32,000 nucleotides of DNA, taken from Promethearchaeota archaeon (GTDB lineage Archaea; Asgardarchaeota; Lokiarchaeia; Sigyniarchaeales; SOKP01). Under the pieces are notes generated by a model, which searched no databases, had not been told where the DNA came from, and saw only the letters and a program-made list of their open reading frames with translations. The stretch is from positions 150,001-182,000 of the forward strand of contig JAUWGH010000001.1 of NCBI GenBank assembly GCA_030606485.1, in the 5' to 3' direction. Positions 17,751 to 27,374 of this stretch are shown piece by piece (the first letter of the stretch is position 1; each line of letters opens with the position of its first letter). The translations under genes were made by a program, and so were the position numbers.

Positions 17751-18899
17751 TCAAACTTTTTTTTCCCAATATTTTTTGATTCGAAAATCAATTTCATTTA
17801 TTCTATTCTTTTGTTCGGGGATAATATGGACCTCTTTTAAATCATCTAAATTGTTAGATTCAATAATTTTTATTATATCTTGTAAAAACATAACATTCAT
17901 TTTGGCCCTGGTATCTGCATCTGCACTCGCATTATGAGGTATAAAAGTAAATCGCAAATTAGGATTCTCTTTTTTTATTATTTTAAAACGTTCTAAGATT
18001 TGAGGTTCGATTGGTTCAATTGGTCCGAAAACATCAAACGCTAAATTTATCGAGATCTCTCTATTTTCTAATAATTCTAAAAGATCATAAATATTAATTA
18101 TTTCCCCTCGTGCGGTGTTAACTAAAAGTGCATCCTTTTTCATTAATTTTAATAAATCTCTATTGACAATTCCTTTAGTTTTTTCCATTAATGGAATATG
18201 AAGTGAAATAATATCACAATTGGTAAAAATTTCTTCATAATTATCAATAAATTTTATTCCCGGATATTCTTTTTCCATCGCTTTATTTCTGAACATATCA
18301 TTATACCATATTTTTACTCCCCAAGGATATAATCTTTTTATTACCTCCTGGCCTATTTGACCTACACCAATAATTCCCAGTGTTTTGTTATCAATTTTTG
18401 AACACAGTTTTTGGTCGAGGTCCCACTTCTCTTCCGCTGTCCATTTTCCATTCCATACAAAATTATGTAAATCAACTAAGTTTCTAAGATTTTCTAAAAT
18501 AATTGCTATTGTAAAATCTGCTACAGTCTCAAAAAGAACACCCGGAGTAGTAGTTATTAGAATTTTATCTCCAGAAACCCTACCAATATGGTTATATCCC
18601 ATTGTAGCAGTAGCAACAGCAAAAACTTCTGAATTTACAAGAAAATCTGTTGGTAATTCATGACTCAAATGACATCCAATAATATCAGGATTAAAATTTT
18701 GTATTTCATCATGTATTTGAGATTCTAAAGGAAAACGTCCATCGAATATTTTTATTTCAGCTTTCTTTTTTAGAATATCCCATAATTCCACTATTTTTTC
18801 TCGATATTTTTTACTTATTTTTGAATTTAAGCCAATTTCGGTATCAGAAAATACGTTTGAAGTGAAAAAGATTTTTGTTTTATATTGCATCTTATTCAA
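17751..18899 (-). CDS. D-isomer-specific 2-hydroxyacid dehydrogenase (glyoxylate reductase-like)
   Basis: GYNHI, TPGVLFETVAD, GIIGVGQIG, LHIPL, VNTARG, DVF..EP, PHNASA. Confidence 0.9.
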   Translation of the reverse strand: MNKMQYKTKIFFTSNVFSDTEIGLNSKISKKYREKIVELWDILKKKAEIKIFDGRFPLESQIHDEIQNFNPDIIGCHLSHELPTDFLVNSEVFAVATATMGYNHIGRVSGDKILITTTPGVLFETVADFTIAIILENLRNLVDLHNFVWNGKWTAEEKWDLDQKLCSKIDNKTLGIIGVGQIGQEVIKRLYPWGVKIWYNDMFRNKAMEKEYPGIKFIDNYEEIFTNCDIISLHIPLMEKTKGIVNRDLLKLMKKDALLVNTARGEIINIYDLLELLENREISINLAFDVFGPIEPIEPQILERFKIIKKENPNLRFTFIPHNASADADTRAKMNVMFLQDIIKIIESNNLDDLKEVHIIPEQKNRINEIDFRIKKYWEKKV

Positions 18900-19071
18900 A
18901 TTACTTTATTTTTATACTATTACTTAAATTAAAAAAAAATTAAAATTTTTTATTTTTGATAAAAAATCTGCATAGAACATAATTTCAAATATTTCATTAA
19001 ATCTTCATAGGATGATTTAAATTAATGCAAATAAGCCTAACATTTAAAAAAATAAATAGAAAAAAGAAATC

Positions 19072-19941
19072 TTAAAATTCATAGCCACACTGTTTGCATA
19101 TACGCTTCTTGGCGTACAACGGAATATGACCAACATAAGACAGCACTTTACTCTTATCTTCAACCTCTTTAATTTTAACTCCACCACACATTGGACATAT
19201 TATTCTCTCATCACTTGAAAAACCTCCAGCTGCGCTAATCTCTGGTGGCTTTAACTCACTTAATTCAGACTCCACTTCTTCTAATTTCTCAGCAGTCTTA
19301 GCCAATGCATCATCTTTCTGTGCGAGAGAAGTTGTTAGAGCAGTCAATTGACTATCCTTTTCTTTCAAATCTTTGGTTAATTCACTAATTCTATCATGAT
19401 TAGAAGCAATTTCAGTTTCAAGTTCTTTGATTTTATTTGTTTTTGCTTCGAGATTAATTTTAAGTTCTTCTCCTTCTTTTTCTAATTTAGTTTTAAGTTC
19501 TTCTATATCTTTATCTTTTTGTGATATTTCCTTTTCTAAATCAGCAACAGTTCCAGACACATTATTTAATTTTCCTTCTAATTCTGTATTTCTTGTTTTA
19601 ACATCGCTTAGTTCATTTTCTAATTCAGTTTTAGTTGATTGTAGATTTGATTCAAGTTCAATAATTTTACTATCAGATGTTTCCTTTTCTTCTTTTAGAG
19701 CACTCAAATTTGATTCTGTTGAACTCAATTTTTCTTTAGTTTCATTCAAACTCTGTTCCGTTGAAGATAATTTATCATTAGTTTCATTTAATTCTTTAAT
19801 TTTTTTATCCAATTGTGTTTTAGTAGTAGCTAATTGTTTTTCTAAATCATTCACTTTCGCTCGTAAATCTAGTAAAACCTTCCCTTGAACCTTTTGTGTC
19901 TTACTTGGTTTTGCTTCTATTGCAGCCCAATTAATACTAAT
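19072..19941 (-). CDS. Long coiled-coil protein with a C-terminal Zn ribbon (probable ATT start)
   Basis: Heptad-rich K/E/L body, ending in CPMCGG...CKQCGYEF. The frame stays open 29 codons upstream of the track GTG (19854) to an ATT preceded by AGGTGA. Confidence 0.85.
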   Translation of the reverse strand: MSINWAAIEAKPSKTQKVQGKVLLDLRAKVNDLEKQLATTKTQLDKKIKELNETNDKLSSTEQSLNETKEKLSSTESNLSALKEEKETSDSKIIELESNLQSTKTELENELSDVKTRNTELEGKLNNVSGTVADLEKEISQKDKDIEELKTKLEKEGEELKINLEAKTNKIKELETEIASNHDRISELTKDLKEKDSQLTALTTSLAQKDDALAKTAEKLEEVESELSELKPPEISAAGGFSSDERIICPMCGGVKIKEVEDKSKVLSYVGHIPLYAKKRICKQCGYEF

Positions 19942-20111
19942 TGTTTTTCACCTTAATAACTTTATATAAATCGATATATTTAGTAATATAACTTTAAATA
20001 TTTTAAATCTGTTCTTCTTAATTAAAATTTTGAAAAAAAAACTATTTTGGATATCTTTAGTACTATAAAAATATTTTATATTAAAAAAATTAACTGTATT
20101 TGTGTTTCAAT

Positions 20112-20930
20112 ATGGTGCAATTAAAGAATAATAAAATTCAGATCATTTCTACATCTGGTATTTTTAAGGATAAAGCATCATTTTTTTTATTAATTGAATT
20201 TATTTGTGGTATTTTTATTGTAATCTATACAAGTTTATGGTTAATAGATTATTTACTTCAAGGATTTTGGATTTTATGGTTATTAGTTCCATTATCTGTA
20301 TATGGTTGTTTGTATCTATTCACATTTACTACTACATTTATTGCATTTCTATTATTGCGATTAGTAAATAAAATTTATCCTCCTAAAGAGGGAATATTTG
20401 AGCGAAATAGTAAAGGTTGGAAATTTTGGAGGTATAGATATTGGATAACCTATCTTCCTCTTTGGTCAGTAAGAGCACTACCACTTCCTTGGTTGGATAT
20501 TGCTATATATAGAATTTTTGGAGTAAAATTAGGAAGAAATGTATGTATTTATGATGGGTGGGTTGATCCCGAATTTATAACTATCGGAGAAAATACAATG
20601 ACAAGTCTGAATACAATAATCCACTCACATTTAATATATAATGATAAACTAATAATACAGCGTGTAGAAATTGGAAAAAATTGCATCATTGGACCCCAAA
20701 CAATTGTTTCTCCAGGAACCACTTTGGAAGAAGGAACAATTTTAGGAGCCAATAGTATTACAAAAATTGGACAAGTATTAGAAGGAGGTAAAATTCATGT
20801 TGGTGTTCCCGTCTCAAAAAGCTTTCCAATTATGAGTATTGAGGAGACTGAGACTAAATTGGCAAAGCTTGGAGTTGAACAATATAAAAAAAAACAAGAA
20901 GGTAAGAATCAGGAGGAGAAAAAAGAATGA
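20112..20930 (+). CDS. Membrane-anchored left-handed beta-helix (hexapeptide repeat) acyltransferase-like protein
   Basis: Two N-terminal TM segments, PPKEGIF, FGVKLGRNV, IGENT/IGKNCIIG hexapeptide repeats, HVGVP. Confidence 0.85.
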   Translation: MVQLKNNKIQIISTSGIFKDKASFFLLIEFICGIFIVIYTSLWLIDYLLQGFWILWLLVPLSVYGCLYLFTFTTTFIAFLLLRLVNKIYPPKEGIFERNSKGWKFWRYRYWITYLPLWSVRALPLPWLDIAIYRIFGVKLGRNVCIYDGWVDPEFITIGENTMTSLNTIIHSHLIYNDKLIIQRVEIGKNCIIGPQTIVSPGTTLEEGTILGANSITKIGQVLEGGKIHVGVPVSKSFPIMSIEETETKLAKLGVEQYKKKQEGKNQEEKKE

Positions 20931-21670
20931 GTGGTCCAACTAGTATGAAGCTTGCTTCTCCTACTCCAGTAGATGCACGAATTAGGAAAAAATATTTAAT
21001 TATCTATTTTATAATAATATTTCTTAGTTTTATCCCCTTAACGATTTTCGAAAATTATTATTTTAAACTTTTTTGGGTATCTGGATGGATTTGGTTATTT
21101 TGGATTCTCTTTCCACTTAATATCATTGCTGGGATATATATCCTGTTACTTAGCTCACTTATTGTTTCCAAAATTTTTATTATGATTGTTAATTTAATTC
21201 ACAAACCAAAAGAAGGAATCTTCCAACGAGACATTAAAGATAAGGATTATTTATTTTGGAATATTAGAAATTTGATAAAAAAGTGGCCACTTTATATATC
21301 TGGAACAAATCCTTTGCCATGGTTAAAAAATAAATTTGTTTTAAGGATTTTTGGAGTTAGAATAGGAAAGAATACATCTTGTGATCAATGTTGGATATCT
21401 TCAGAATTTATTTCTATTGGAAATAATGTAATTTGCGGGATTAGTAGCACAATACTCTCATATGGAATTGAAAAGGATAAGTTCTTTTTAAAAAGGATCG
21501 TAATTAACAGTAATGTTGAAATGGGTTCTAAGGTTGTATTAATGCCTGGAACTCAAGTAGGAGAAAACGCAAAGATTTCTGCACATTCTTATACCTTACC
21601 AGGACAAATATTGGAGGTAAATAAAAATTACGGTGGTCATCCTGCTAAACTACTGGAAGAATCTAAGTAA
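20927..21670 (+). CDS. Second membrane-anchored hexapeptide-repeat acyltransferase-like protein (paralogue of the upstream gene)
   Basis: TM segments, KPKEGIFQR, FGVRIGKNT, IGNNVICG, YGGHPA. ATGA overlap with the upstream gene. Confidence 0.85.
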   Translation: MSGPTSMKLASPTPVDARIRKKYLIIYFIIIFLSFIPLTIFENYYFKLFWVSGWIWLFWILFPLNIIAGIYILLLSSLIVSKIFIMIVNLIHKPKEGIFQRDIKDKDYLFWNIRNLIKKWPLYISGTNPLPWLKNKFVLRIFGVRIGKNTSCDQCWISSEFISIGNNVICGISSTILSYGIEKDKFFLKRIVINSNVEMGSKVVLMPGTQVGENAKISAHSYTLPGQILEVNKNYGGHPAKLLEESK

Positions 21671-23249
21671 ATAGATTAATTGAATATCTCCCAATATTTG
21701 TAATTTTATTTTCCGTTAAATCATTCTCATATAATTCTACTAAGCCATCTCTATAAAGGTCTATTTCTACAAAAACCTCGTTGAAATAATCCTTTTTCAA
21801 ACTGGATACGCTAGAAAATATTGAATTATCTATTTTTGTATTTAAAGACAAACCGGATGAGCTGGTTAGAATTAAAGCAATCTGTGATAAAGAAAATCTT
21901 GATAATACATCTCCAGCATCAACTAATTCTGTTTTCCAAACACTCATGGGTGTAGGAATTATCTCATGATGACATAAAACACAAATTACTTTTTCTCTTG
22001 ATTTTTTCATAGTCTGTTCTGAAATTTCTTTTATTCTACGGCGTCCAATTCGACCAAATTTAGAATTAAATGTAGTTGTATCCAATGCCAAAACAACCAG
22101 TTTATCATCTTCATAAGTAGAATCTAAATCACCAATATTTTTGAGCCATAATTGATAACCATTTGGTTTAACATCATTTATTCCGGGAACTACGATGTAA
22201 GGATATGTTATTTCCTTTAATCTCTCTCTTGCAAATTCATACTCTTCTTTATAACTATTCTTAGTGACATTTCCAGAGTGCAAAACAATTGAAATGTCAT
22301 TTTGATTGTTGATTTTTTGAATTAATTTATTAAAGGTTTGTTCTGTTTTTTTATCGTCTGGAGAAAGAGAAGAATCAAAAAAGTGTATTATTTTACAAAA
22401 AAGTTTTTCATCTTTTTTTTTCTTTCTCAATGAATAAGTGGATACTTTTCGAAAAATTTCTTTTTTAAATTTTTCTTGCTGTAGGATTGGAATAATATTA
22501 AATCTAAAAATATCATTATTCAAATCTATTATATTGTAAGTAAAATTTTCCCTATATCTTGTTTTATTAGAGGAGAATGTACCGGAATTAAAGGCTAGCA
22601 GATCATGGTTCCCAAAATTAATAGTATAAAGATTGGATATATGTCTATGTCCATTTAAAACTAAATGAACCCCACACTCCTTAAGTACTTGAAGCATATC
22701 ACCAGAATCAAGGATTGCAGATCTCTCCTTCCCTGTATGTGGGATTGGTATCAATTGATGATGAAAACAAACCACTTTCATTTTATTAGGTCGATCAAGC
22801 AATAAATTTTTTACCCTCATCATTGTTCTATAATTAATTTTACCTGTTGCTAGGTCAGGTATTGTTGAGTCTAATGCCAATAAGAAAAAATTCTCATCTT
22901 CAATTTCAAAATGTCTTTCACCAATCATTTCTTCAAAAAGTAGGTATCCTACGTTTAAAGCATCATGATTTCCAATAACATATTGAACTGGGACTTTTTG
23001 CTTTATCTCACTCATTAAAGTCTTTGCATATTCGAATTCAAGTAGAGTGCCATTTTGGGTGAGATCTCCAAGATGTATAATATAATCAATATTTTTGAGT
23101 TTATTTATTTGCTCAATTCCCTTTTTAAAAGCAGTCAAATTAAAATCCGATTCACTATTACTTATATGAGTATCTGAAATTATCAAAAATCTTTTTTTTA
23201 CGCCTTCTGAAATTGTTGGATTTGCTACTTTAATAGAAGTTGTTTTCAT
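21663..23249 (-). CDS. Metallophosphoesterase with two calcineurin-like domains (second degenerate)
   Basis: Domain 1: SDTH, GDLT, GNHD, HH, GHRH. Domain 2: FDSS, SGNVT, GIND, HH, SSSG. Confidence 0.88.
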   Translation of the reverse strand: MKTTSIKVANPTISEGVKKRFLIISDTHISNSESDFNLTAFKKGIEQINKLKNIDYIIHLGDLTQNGTLLEFEYAKTLMSEIKQKVPVQYVIGNHDALNVGYLLFEEMIGERHFEIEDENFFLLALDSTIPDLATGKINYRTMMRVKNLLLDRPNKMKVVCFHHQLIPIPHTGKERSAILDSGDMLQVLKECGVHLVLNGHRHISNLYTINFGNHDLLAFNSGTFSSNKTRYRENFTYNIIDLNNDIFRFNIIPILQQEKFKKEIFRKVSTYSLRKKKKDEKLFCKIIHFFDSSLSPDDKKTEQTFNKLIQKINNQNDISIVLHSGNVTKNSYKEEYEFARERLKEITYPYIVVPGINDVKPNGYQLWLKNIGDLDSTYEDDKLVVLALDTTTFNSKFGRIGRRRIKEISEQTMKKSREKVICVLCHHEIIPTPMSVWKTELVDAGDVLSRFSLSQIALILTSSSGLSLNTKIDNSIFSSVSSLKKDYFNEVFVEIDLYRDGLVELYENDLTENKITNIGRYSINLFT

Positions 23250-23311
23250 ATTTATTTAAAAACAAATTAACTATAAAATTATTAATATATTAAAATTATT
23301 AAGGTATTAAA

Positions 23312-24535
23312 ATGCAAAACATAAACTCAAAGCTTTTTAATTTGATTCTCATCCGATACGGTGAAATTTGGCTTAAATCAAAGAAAATTAAAAGCCGAAT
23401 GCTAAAAACTCTAACAAAAAATATCATATTTTCTTTGAAAAAAAATAATATACCTTTTCATAAATATCAATACACTCAAGATTTTGCAAGAATACTGTTT
23501 TTCTTAAAAAATGAAGATATAAATAAGGCCATTGGCGTCTTAAAAAAGAAAGTCTTTGGAATCCACTCAATTAGTCCTGCAATAAGAACCTCGAGTATAT
23601 TAAAAAATATTATCAATAGAACTCTTGAAATAGGGAAAGATATTTTAGATCAGAATGATTCTTTTGCTATAAGAGCAAGGAGGTCTGGAAAACATCCATT
23701 TACATCACAAGATGTTGCAGAACAGTGTGGATATGCAGTTTTAAGTTGTTTTAAAGATTTGAATCTAAATGTTAATTTATCAAATCCAAAAAAAAATATA
23801 TTTATCGAAGTTCGAGATAATTTTACTTATATTTTCACGAGAATTATAAAAACTGATTGGGGAGGTCTTCCAATTGAACCCGGTAAGCATATTATTAATA
23901 TGGATATTGGACGACCAACTGATTCTCTTGCGGCATTCTTATTAATGAAACGTGGTTGCAAAATACACCCGATTATTTTTAATTTATTCGAAAATAAGAA
24001 AAATTTAGATTCAATTTTGAGTAATTATAAGATTATAGGGACATACTATAACGATAAAAATTTAGACCTTAATATCATAAATTTTAATCCTATTTTAAAA
24101 AAAATTCATAACGAAATCAGTGAAAAAAAGTATGTGTGCGCTCTTTGTAATTTAATTCGATTAAAAATTATATCAAATCTTTTAAAATCTAGTCACTTTA
24201 AAGGCAAAATCAAAATTCGAGGATTAACCACTGGTATCAATTTAACTAACATCGATTGTTGCCCTAATGCTGTAGACCTAGATATTCTAGCATATAGTAA
24301 TGAATTTTTAGACTTACCAGTTTTCACATCTTGTATCGGTTTAGAAATAAAAGAAATTATTGATATGTTAAATAAAATCTCTCCTCATCTGAAAGGAAAA
24401 AAATATTGTCCTTACTGCCCCAAAAATCAGGAGTTTAACTATCAATTAGTTTATGATTTATATGAATCGATGAATTTAGAAAAATATATCAAAAAAGAAT
24501 TATTTGAAGTCAAAAACCTCAATATCTATTCGTAG
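23312..24535 (+). CDS. thiI: ThiI-like THUMP-domain protein with a degenerate PP-loop
   Basis: IRYGEIWLKS, THUMP (FAIRARRSGKHPFTS, VNLSNP, IEVR), GGLP, LMKRGC, CALC. The SGGxDS loop is replaced by IGRPTDS. Confidence 0.8.
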   Translation: MQNINSKLFNLILIRYGEIWLKSKKIKSRMLKTLTKNIIFSLKKNNIPFHKYQYTQDFARILFFLKNEDINKAIGVLKKKVFGIHSISPAIRTSSILKNIINRTLEIGKDILDQNDSFAIRARRSGKHPFTSQDVAEQCGYAVLSCFKDLNLNVNLSNPKKNIFIEVRDNFTYIFTRIIKTDWGGLPIEPGKHIINMDIGRPTDSLAAFLLMKRGCKIHPIIFNLFENKKNLDSILSNYKIIGTYYNDKNLDLNIINFNPILKKIHNEISEKKYVCALCNLIRLKIISNLLKSSHFKGKIKIRGLTTGINLTNIDCCPNAVDLDILAYSNEFLDLPVFTSCIGLEIKEIIDMLNKISPHLKGKKYCPYCPKNQEFNYQLVYDLYESMNLEKYIKKELFEVKNLNIYS

Positions 24536-24607
24536 TGAAAATAAAATTTTATTAATTTTTTATAATAATGAGGTTTAAAAAGTCATAAAAACTCTTATTA
24601 TAAGATT

Positions 24608-24889
24608 ATGGCTAAAGTACGGCTATATTTACTAAATATTTTTTATCTAAGAGTTAAAAAGAACCTTTTAGAATATGAAGCTAATAATATCAAACAACTC
24701 ATTTCAAAATTTGTAGCTGAATATAAAGATAAAATTGGAACCGATTTTTTAAATACAAAACAAAATTTTGTGAATGACCTAATAATAATCCTTCTAAATG
24801 GTAGAAATATACGATTCTTAAAAGGGAAAAAAACCAAATTAAGTGATAATGATAAAATTTATCTATCTCTTCCAGTTTCGGGAGGTTAA
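24608..24889 (+). CDS. MoaD/SAMP/Urm1-like ubiquitin-fold sulfur carrier
   Basis: ILLNGRNI...LSDNDKIYLSLPVSGG with a C-terminal GG. Confidence 0.9.
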   Translation: MAKVRLYLLNIFYLRVKKNLLEYEANNIKQLISKFVAEYKDKIGTDFLNTKQNFVNDLIIILLNGRNIRFLKGKKTKLSDNDKIYLSLPVSGG

Positions 24890-24988
24890 ATCTAAATCAT
24901 GAGAAATTTTATATATAGTATCATTCTATATATTTTACAACTGTAAAGTGAAAATTTTGAATTATACTAAGATCATTTTCTGATTATA

Positions 24989-25921
24989 ATGCCAAAGAAA
25001 TCCATTAAATTTTTAGGTTTAGATTTCGCGGGAAAGACAAGCATAATTACTGCTATCAAAGAAAAATTTGGTTATATAGAAAAAGTAAAAGAATTAAAAC
25101 CTACAAGATATATTGAACGAGAGGAATTTCAATTCTTAAATTTAGAAATTATTAGCCACGATTTTGGAGGTCAAGTACAATATAGAGATGATTATTTAAA
25201 ATACCCTAACCGTTATCTTGCAAATACAGATCTTTTATTTTATATAGTTGATTGCCAGGATTCTGAACGTTATGGGGAATCACTGGATTATTTTGATAGA
25301 GTTATGGAATACTTTAAGGAACAACGCCAGAATATTCCGATCATGGTTCTTTTACATAAATTCGATCCTGAAATAAAAGAAAATCGAGAGTTAAATAAAA
25401 GAGCATTGGTATTAAAGCAAAATTTATTGAAATATAAAGAATTTCAGATTTATTTTTTTGAAACTTCTATTTTTGATATTAAAAGTATTATGGATGCTTT
25501 TTCAACGGGTTTGTCATTTCTCTTCGAAAATATTGAGATGCTTTATAGCTACTTCGAAGATATTTCTAAAAGATATAATATTCTTTTCATTTCTTTAATT
25601 GATTCTACTGGAATCACTGTTGGAGAATATTATTCGGCATTAAGGTTGATTGATAAATTGAAAATTTATAATATCTACTTGGAAGTTTTAAAAAAAGTTA
25701 AAATGGAAAATAAAGAAAAATATGAATTTTCTGATATACTTTCAAATGGAAAACGTTTTTCTGGTGTTATTGAAGTTTTAAATTTAAGTAATTTCGATTT
25801 TTATTTATTAATTATAATTGAAGAAGAAAAAGAAGATTTAGAAAAAACGATTAGCGCTTTAGATGCCATTGAAGCCGAGAAAGATAAAATGGAAGTAATT
25901 ATTTCACAAATCCTTACATAA
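24989..25921 (+). CDS. Arf/Rag-like small GTPase with a C-terminal alpha/beta domain
   Basis: G1 GLDFAGKTS, G2 PT, G3 HDFGGQ, G4 HKFD, G5 ETS, followed by about 130 aa of additional domain. Confidence 0.88.
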   Translation: MPKKSIKFLGLDFAGKTSIITAIKEKFGYIEKVKELKPTRYIEREEFQFLNLEIISHDFGGQVQYRDDYLKYPNRYLANTDLLFYIVDCQDSERYGESLDYFDRVMEYFKEQRQNIPIMVLLHKFDPEIKENRELNKRALVLKQNLLKYKEFQIYFFETSIFDIKSIMDAFSTGLSFLFENIEMLYSYFEDISKRYNILFISLIDSTGITVGEYYSALRLIDKLKIYNIYLEVLKKVKMENKEKYEFSDILSNGKRFSGVIEVLNLSNFDFYLLIIIEEEKEDLEKTISALDAIEAEKDKMEVIISQILT

Positions 25922-25937
25922 ATTCTCTACTATAAAA

Positions 25938-27026
25938 TTAGCTCTTTAAAAATTCATCTAATTCTTCTTTATCTGGGCTCTCTCCTTTTGAGATTTTAAA
26001 TGCAGCTGTATATGTACCAAATTTTCCGCAATTTTCTAGTACTTCAAATAATTCTTTACGATTTTCCGGCTGATAAAGTGATTTAAGATGGTTTAAATCT
26101 TCAATAAGATTATATAGTTTTGAAATAAATCCAGCAGAATAGGTATCTCCAGCACCAGTTTGGTCTAAAACTTTAACTGGCATAATTGGGATTTTAATTT
26201 TAATATCATATTCGCTCCTAATAAAGGAACCTTTTCTTCCATGTGTGTAAATCCTTATATGGGAAAATTTTTTCATTATTTCATCAATGACATCAATTAA
26301 ATTCTCTATTCCAATTTCATCTTCAACGTTTATTAATGATTTTCCCAATATTTCCGCCAAATCCCTAAGATTAGAAAACATAATATCCATTTTATAATTT
26401 AAAATTTCTCGTAATTCTTCAATTGACTTTACTTGTTGTAATTCTAACGTGAAGATGGATATAATATTTTTATTTTTTGACAATTGAATGGGCTTTTTAT
26501 ATTTTTTTGCAATAGGTGTAAAGAAAATAATCTTATTTCCAGTTAAAACTCTCTCGTTTAATTCAATTTTATCAAAATTCATTTCCCGTTTTAAATTTGG
26601 AGCAACTAAGATTTTTGTAATCGAAGAGTCCTCAATAATTGTACTAATTGGGGTTGGTTTATCAATTTGATATACATTTTCTATGTCAATTCCCATATTT
26701 CCCAATTCGTCTAATATCCAACTCGCGTCTTTTCCAATAATTGTCAATAATTTTATTGGTAATCCTAATTTTAACATTAATTCTGCAGAATTATTCCCGT
26801 TTCCTCCACGATTTAAAAATGAAATTCCTTCATTTTTTTTGTGTGAATCCAAAATCGTCTCTAAAACCCTTTCTTTCAAAAAATTTTTCGATTTAATTTT
26901 ATTAATTTCATAAAGACCAAAGATTTTATCTGAAATTCTTTCAATAAGTTGGTTAAAGAATTTTGTTTTATAATACAAGTCAATATGGCATTCTCCTACA
27001 ACTAAGATTTTTTTTCTCTCTTTCAT
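25938..27026 (-). CDS. PfkB/ribokinase-family carbohydrate kinase
   Basis: GGNGNNSA, YTHGRKGS, VLDQTGAGDTYSAGF. Confidence 0.9.
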   Translation of the reverse strand: MKERKKILVVGECHIDLYYKTKFFNQLIERISDKIFGLYEINKIKSKNFLKERVLETILDSHKKNEGISFLNRGGNGNNSAELMLKLGLPIKLLTIIGKDASWILDELGNMGIDIENVYQIDKPTPISTIIEDSSITKILVAPNLKREMNFDKIELNERVLTGNKIIFFTPIAKKYKKPIQLSKNKNIISIFTLELQQVKSIEELREILNYKMDIMFSNLRDLAEILGKSLINVEDEIGIENLIDVIDEIMKKFSHIRIYTHGRKGSFIRSEYDIKIKIPIMPVKVLDQTGAGDTYSAGFISKLYNLIEDLNHLKSLYQPENRKELFEVLENCGKFGTYTAAFKISKGESPDKEELDEFLKS

Positions 27027-27066
27027 GATAATCAGATTCTTATCTCTAAAATATGATTACAAAATG

Positions 27067-27166
27067 CGCAGAAGGAGGGAATTGAACCCCCGCGTGTGAA
27101 ACACACACCGGCTTTCCCGATTCTAAGAATCTCGAGGCCGGCGCCTTACCACTAGACTACTTCTGC
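27067..27166 (-). tRNA. tRNA-Ser(CGA) with a 17-nt intron at 37/38 (27114-27130)
   Basis: Acceptor GCAGAAG/CTTCTGC with G73, D arm GTC-TAGTGGTAA-GGC, anticodon stem CCGGC/GCCGG with CT-CGA-G, long variable arm TGTGTGTTTCACACG, T arm GGGGG-TTCAATT-CCCTC. Confidence 0.93.
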
Positions 27167-27374
27167 TTGTGCTATATTACTTAATTAAATTTTTTAATTT
27201 ATTTTCTATTATTAAATATGGGAAGTTTTTTTTAATTATTTTTACTCACATTCAAATATTGGAAATTTCTTCATTTTGCTATAAAGATTTTCCCAAATGA
27301 AATATATATTATTTTGCAAAATATTAATTAAACATTTTTAGAATTTTTACTATTGAAAATTCGAGGTTTTTATC

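Noticed and set aside
27067-27166. tRNA as tRNA-Sec
   Set aside because: The anticodon is CGA, not TCA, and the acceptor and T stems are the canonical 7/5 bp.
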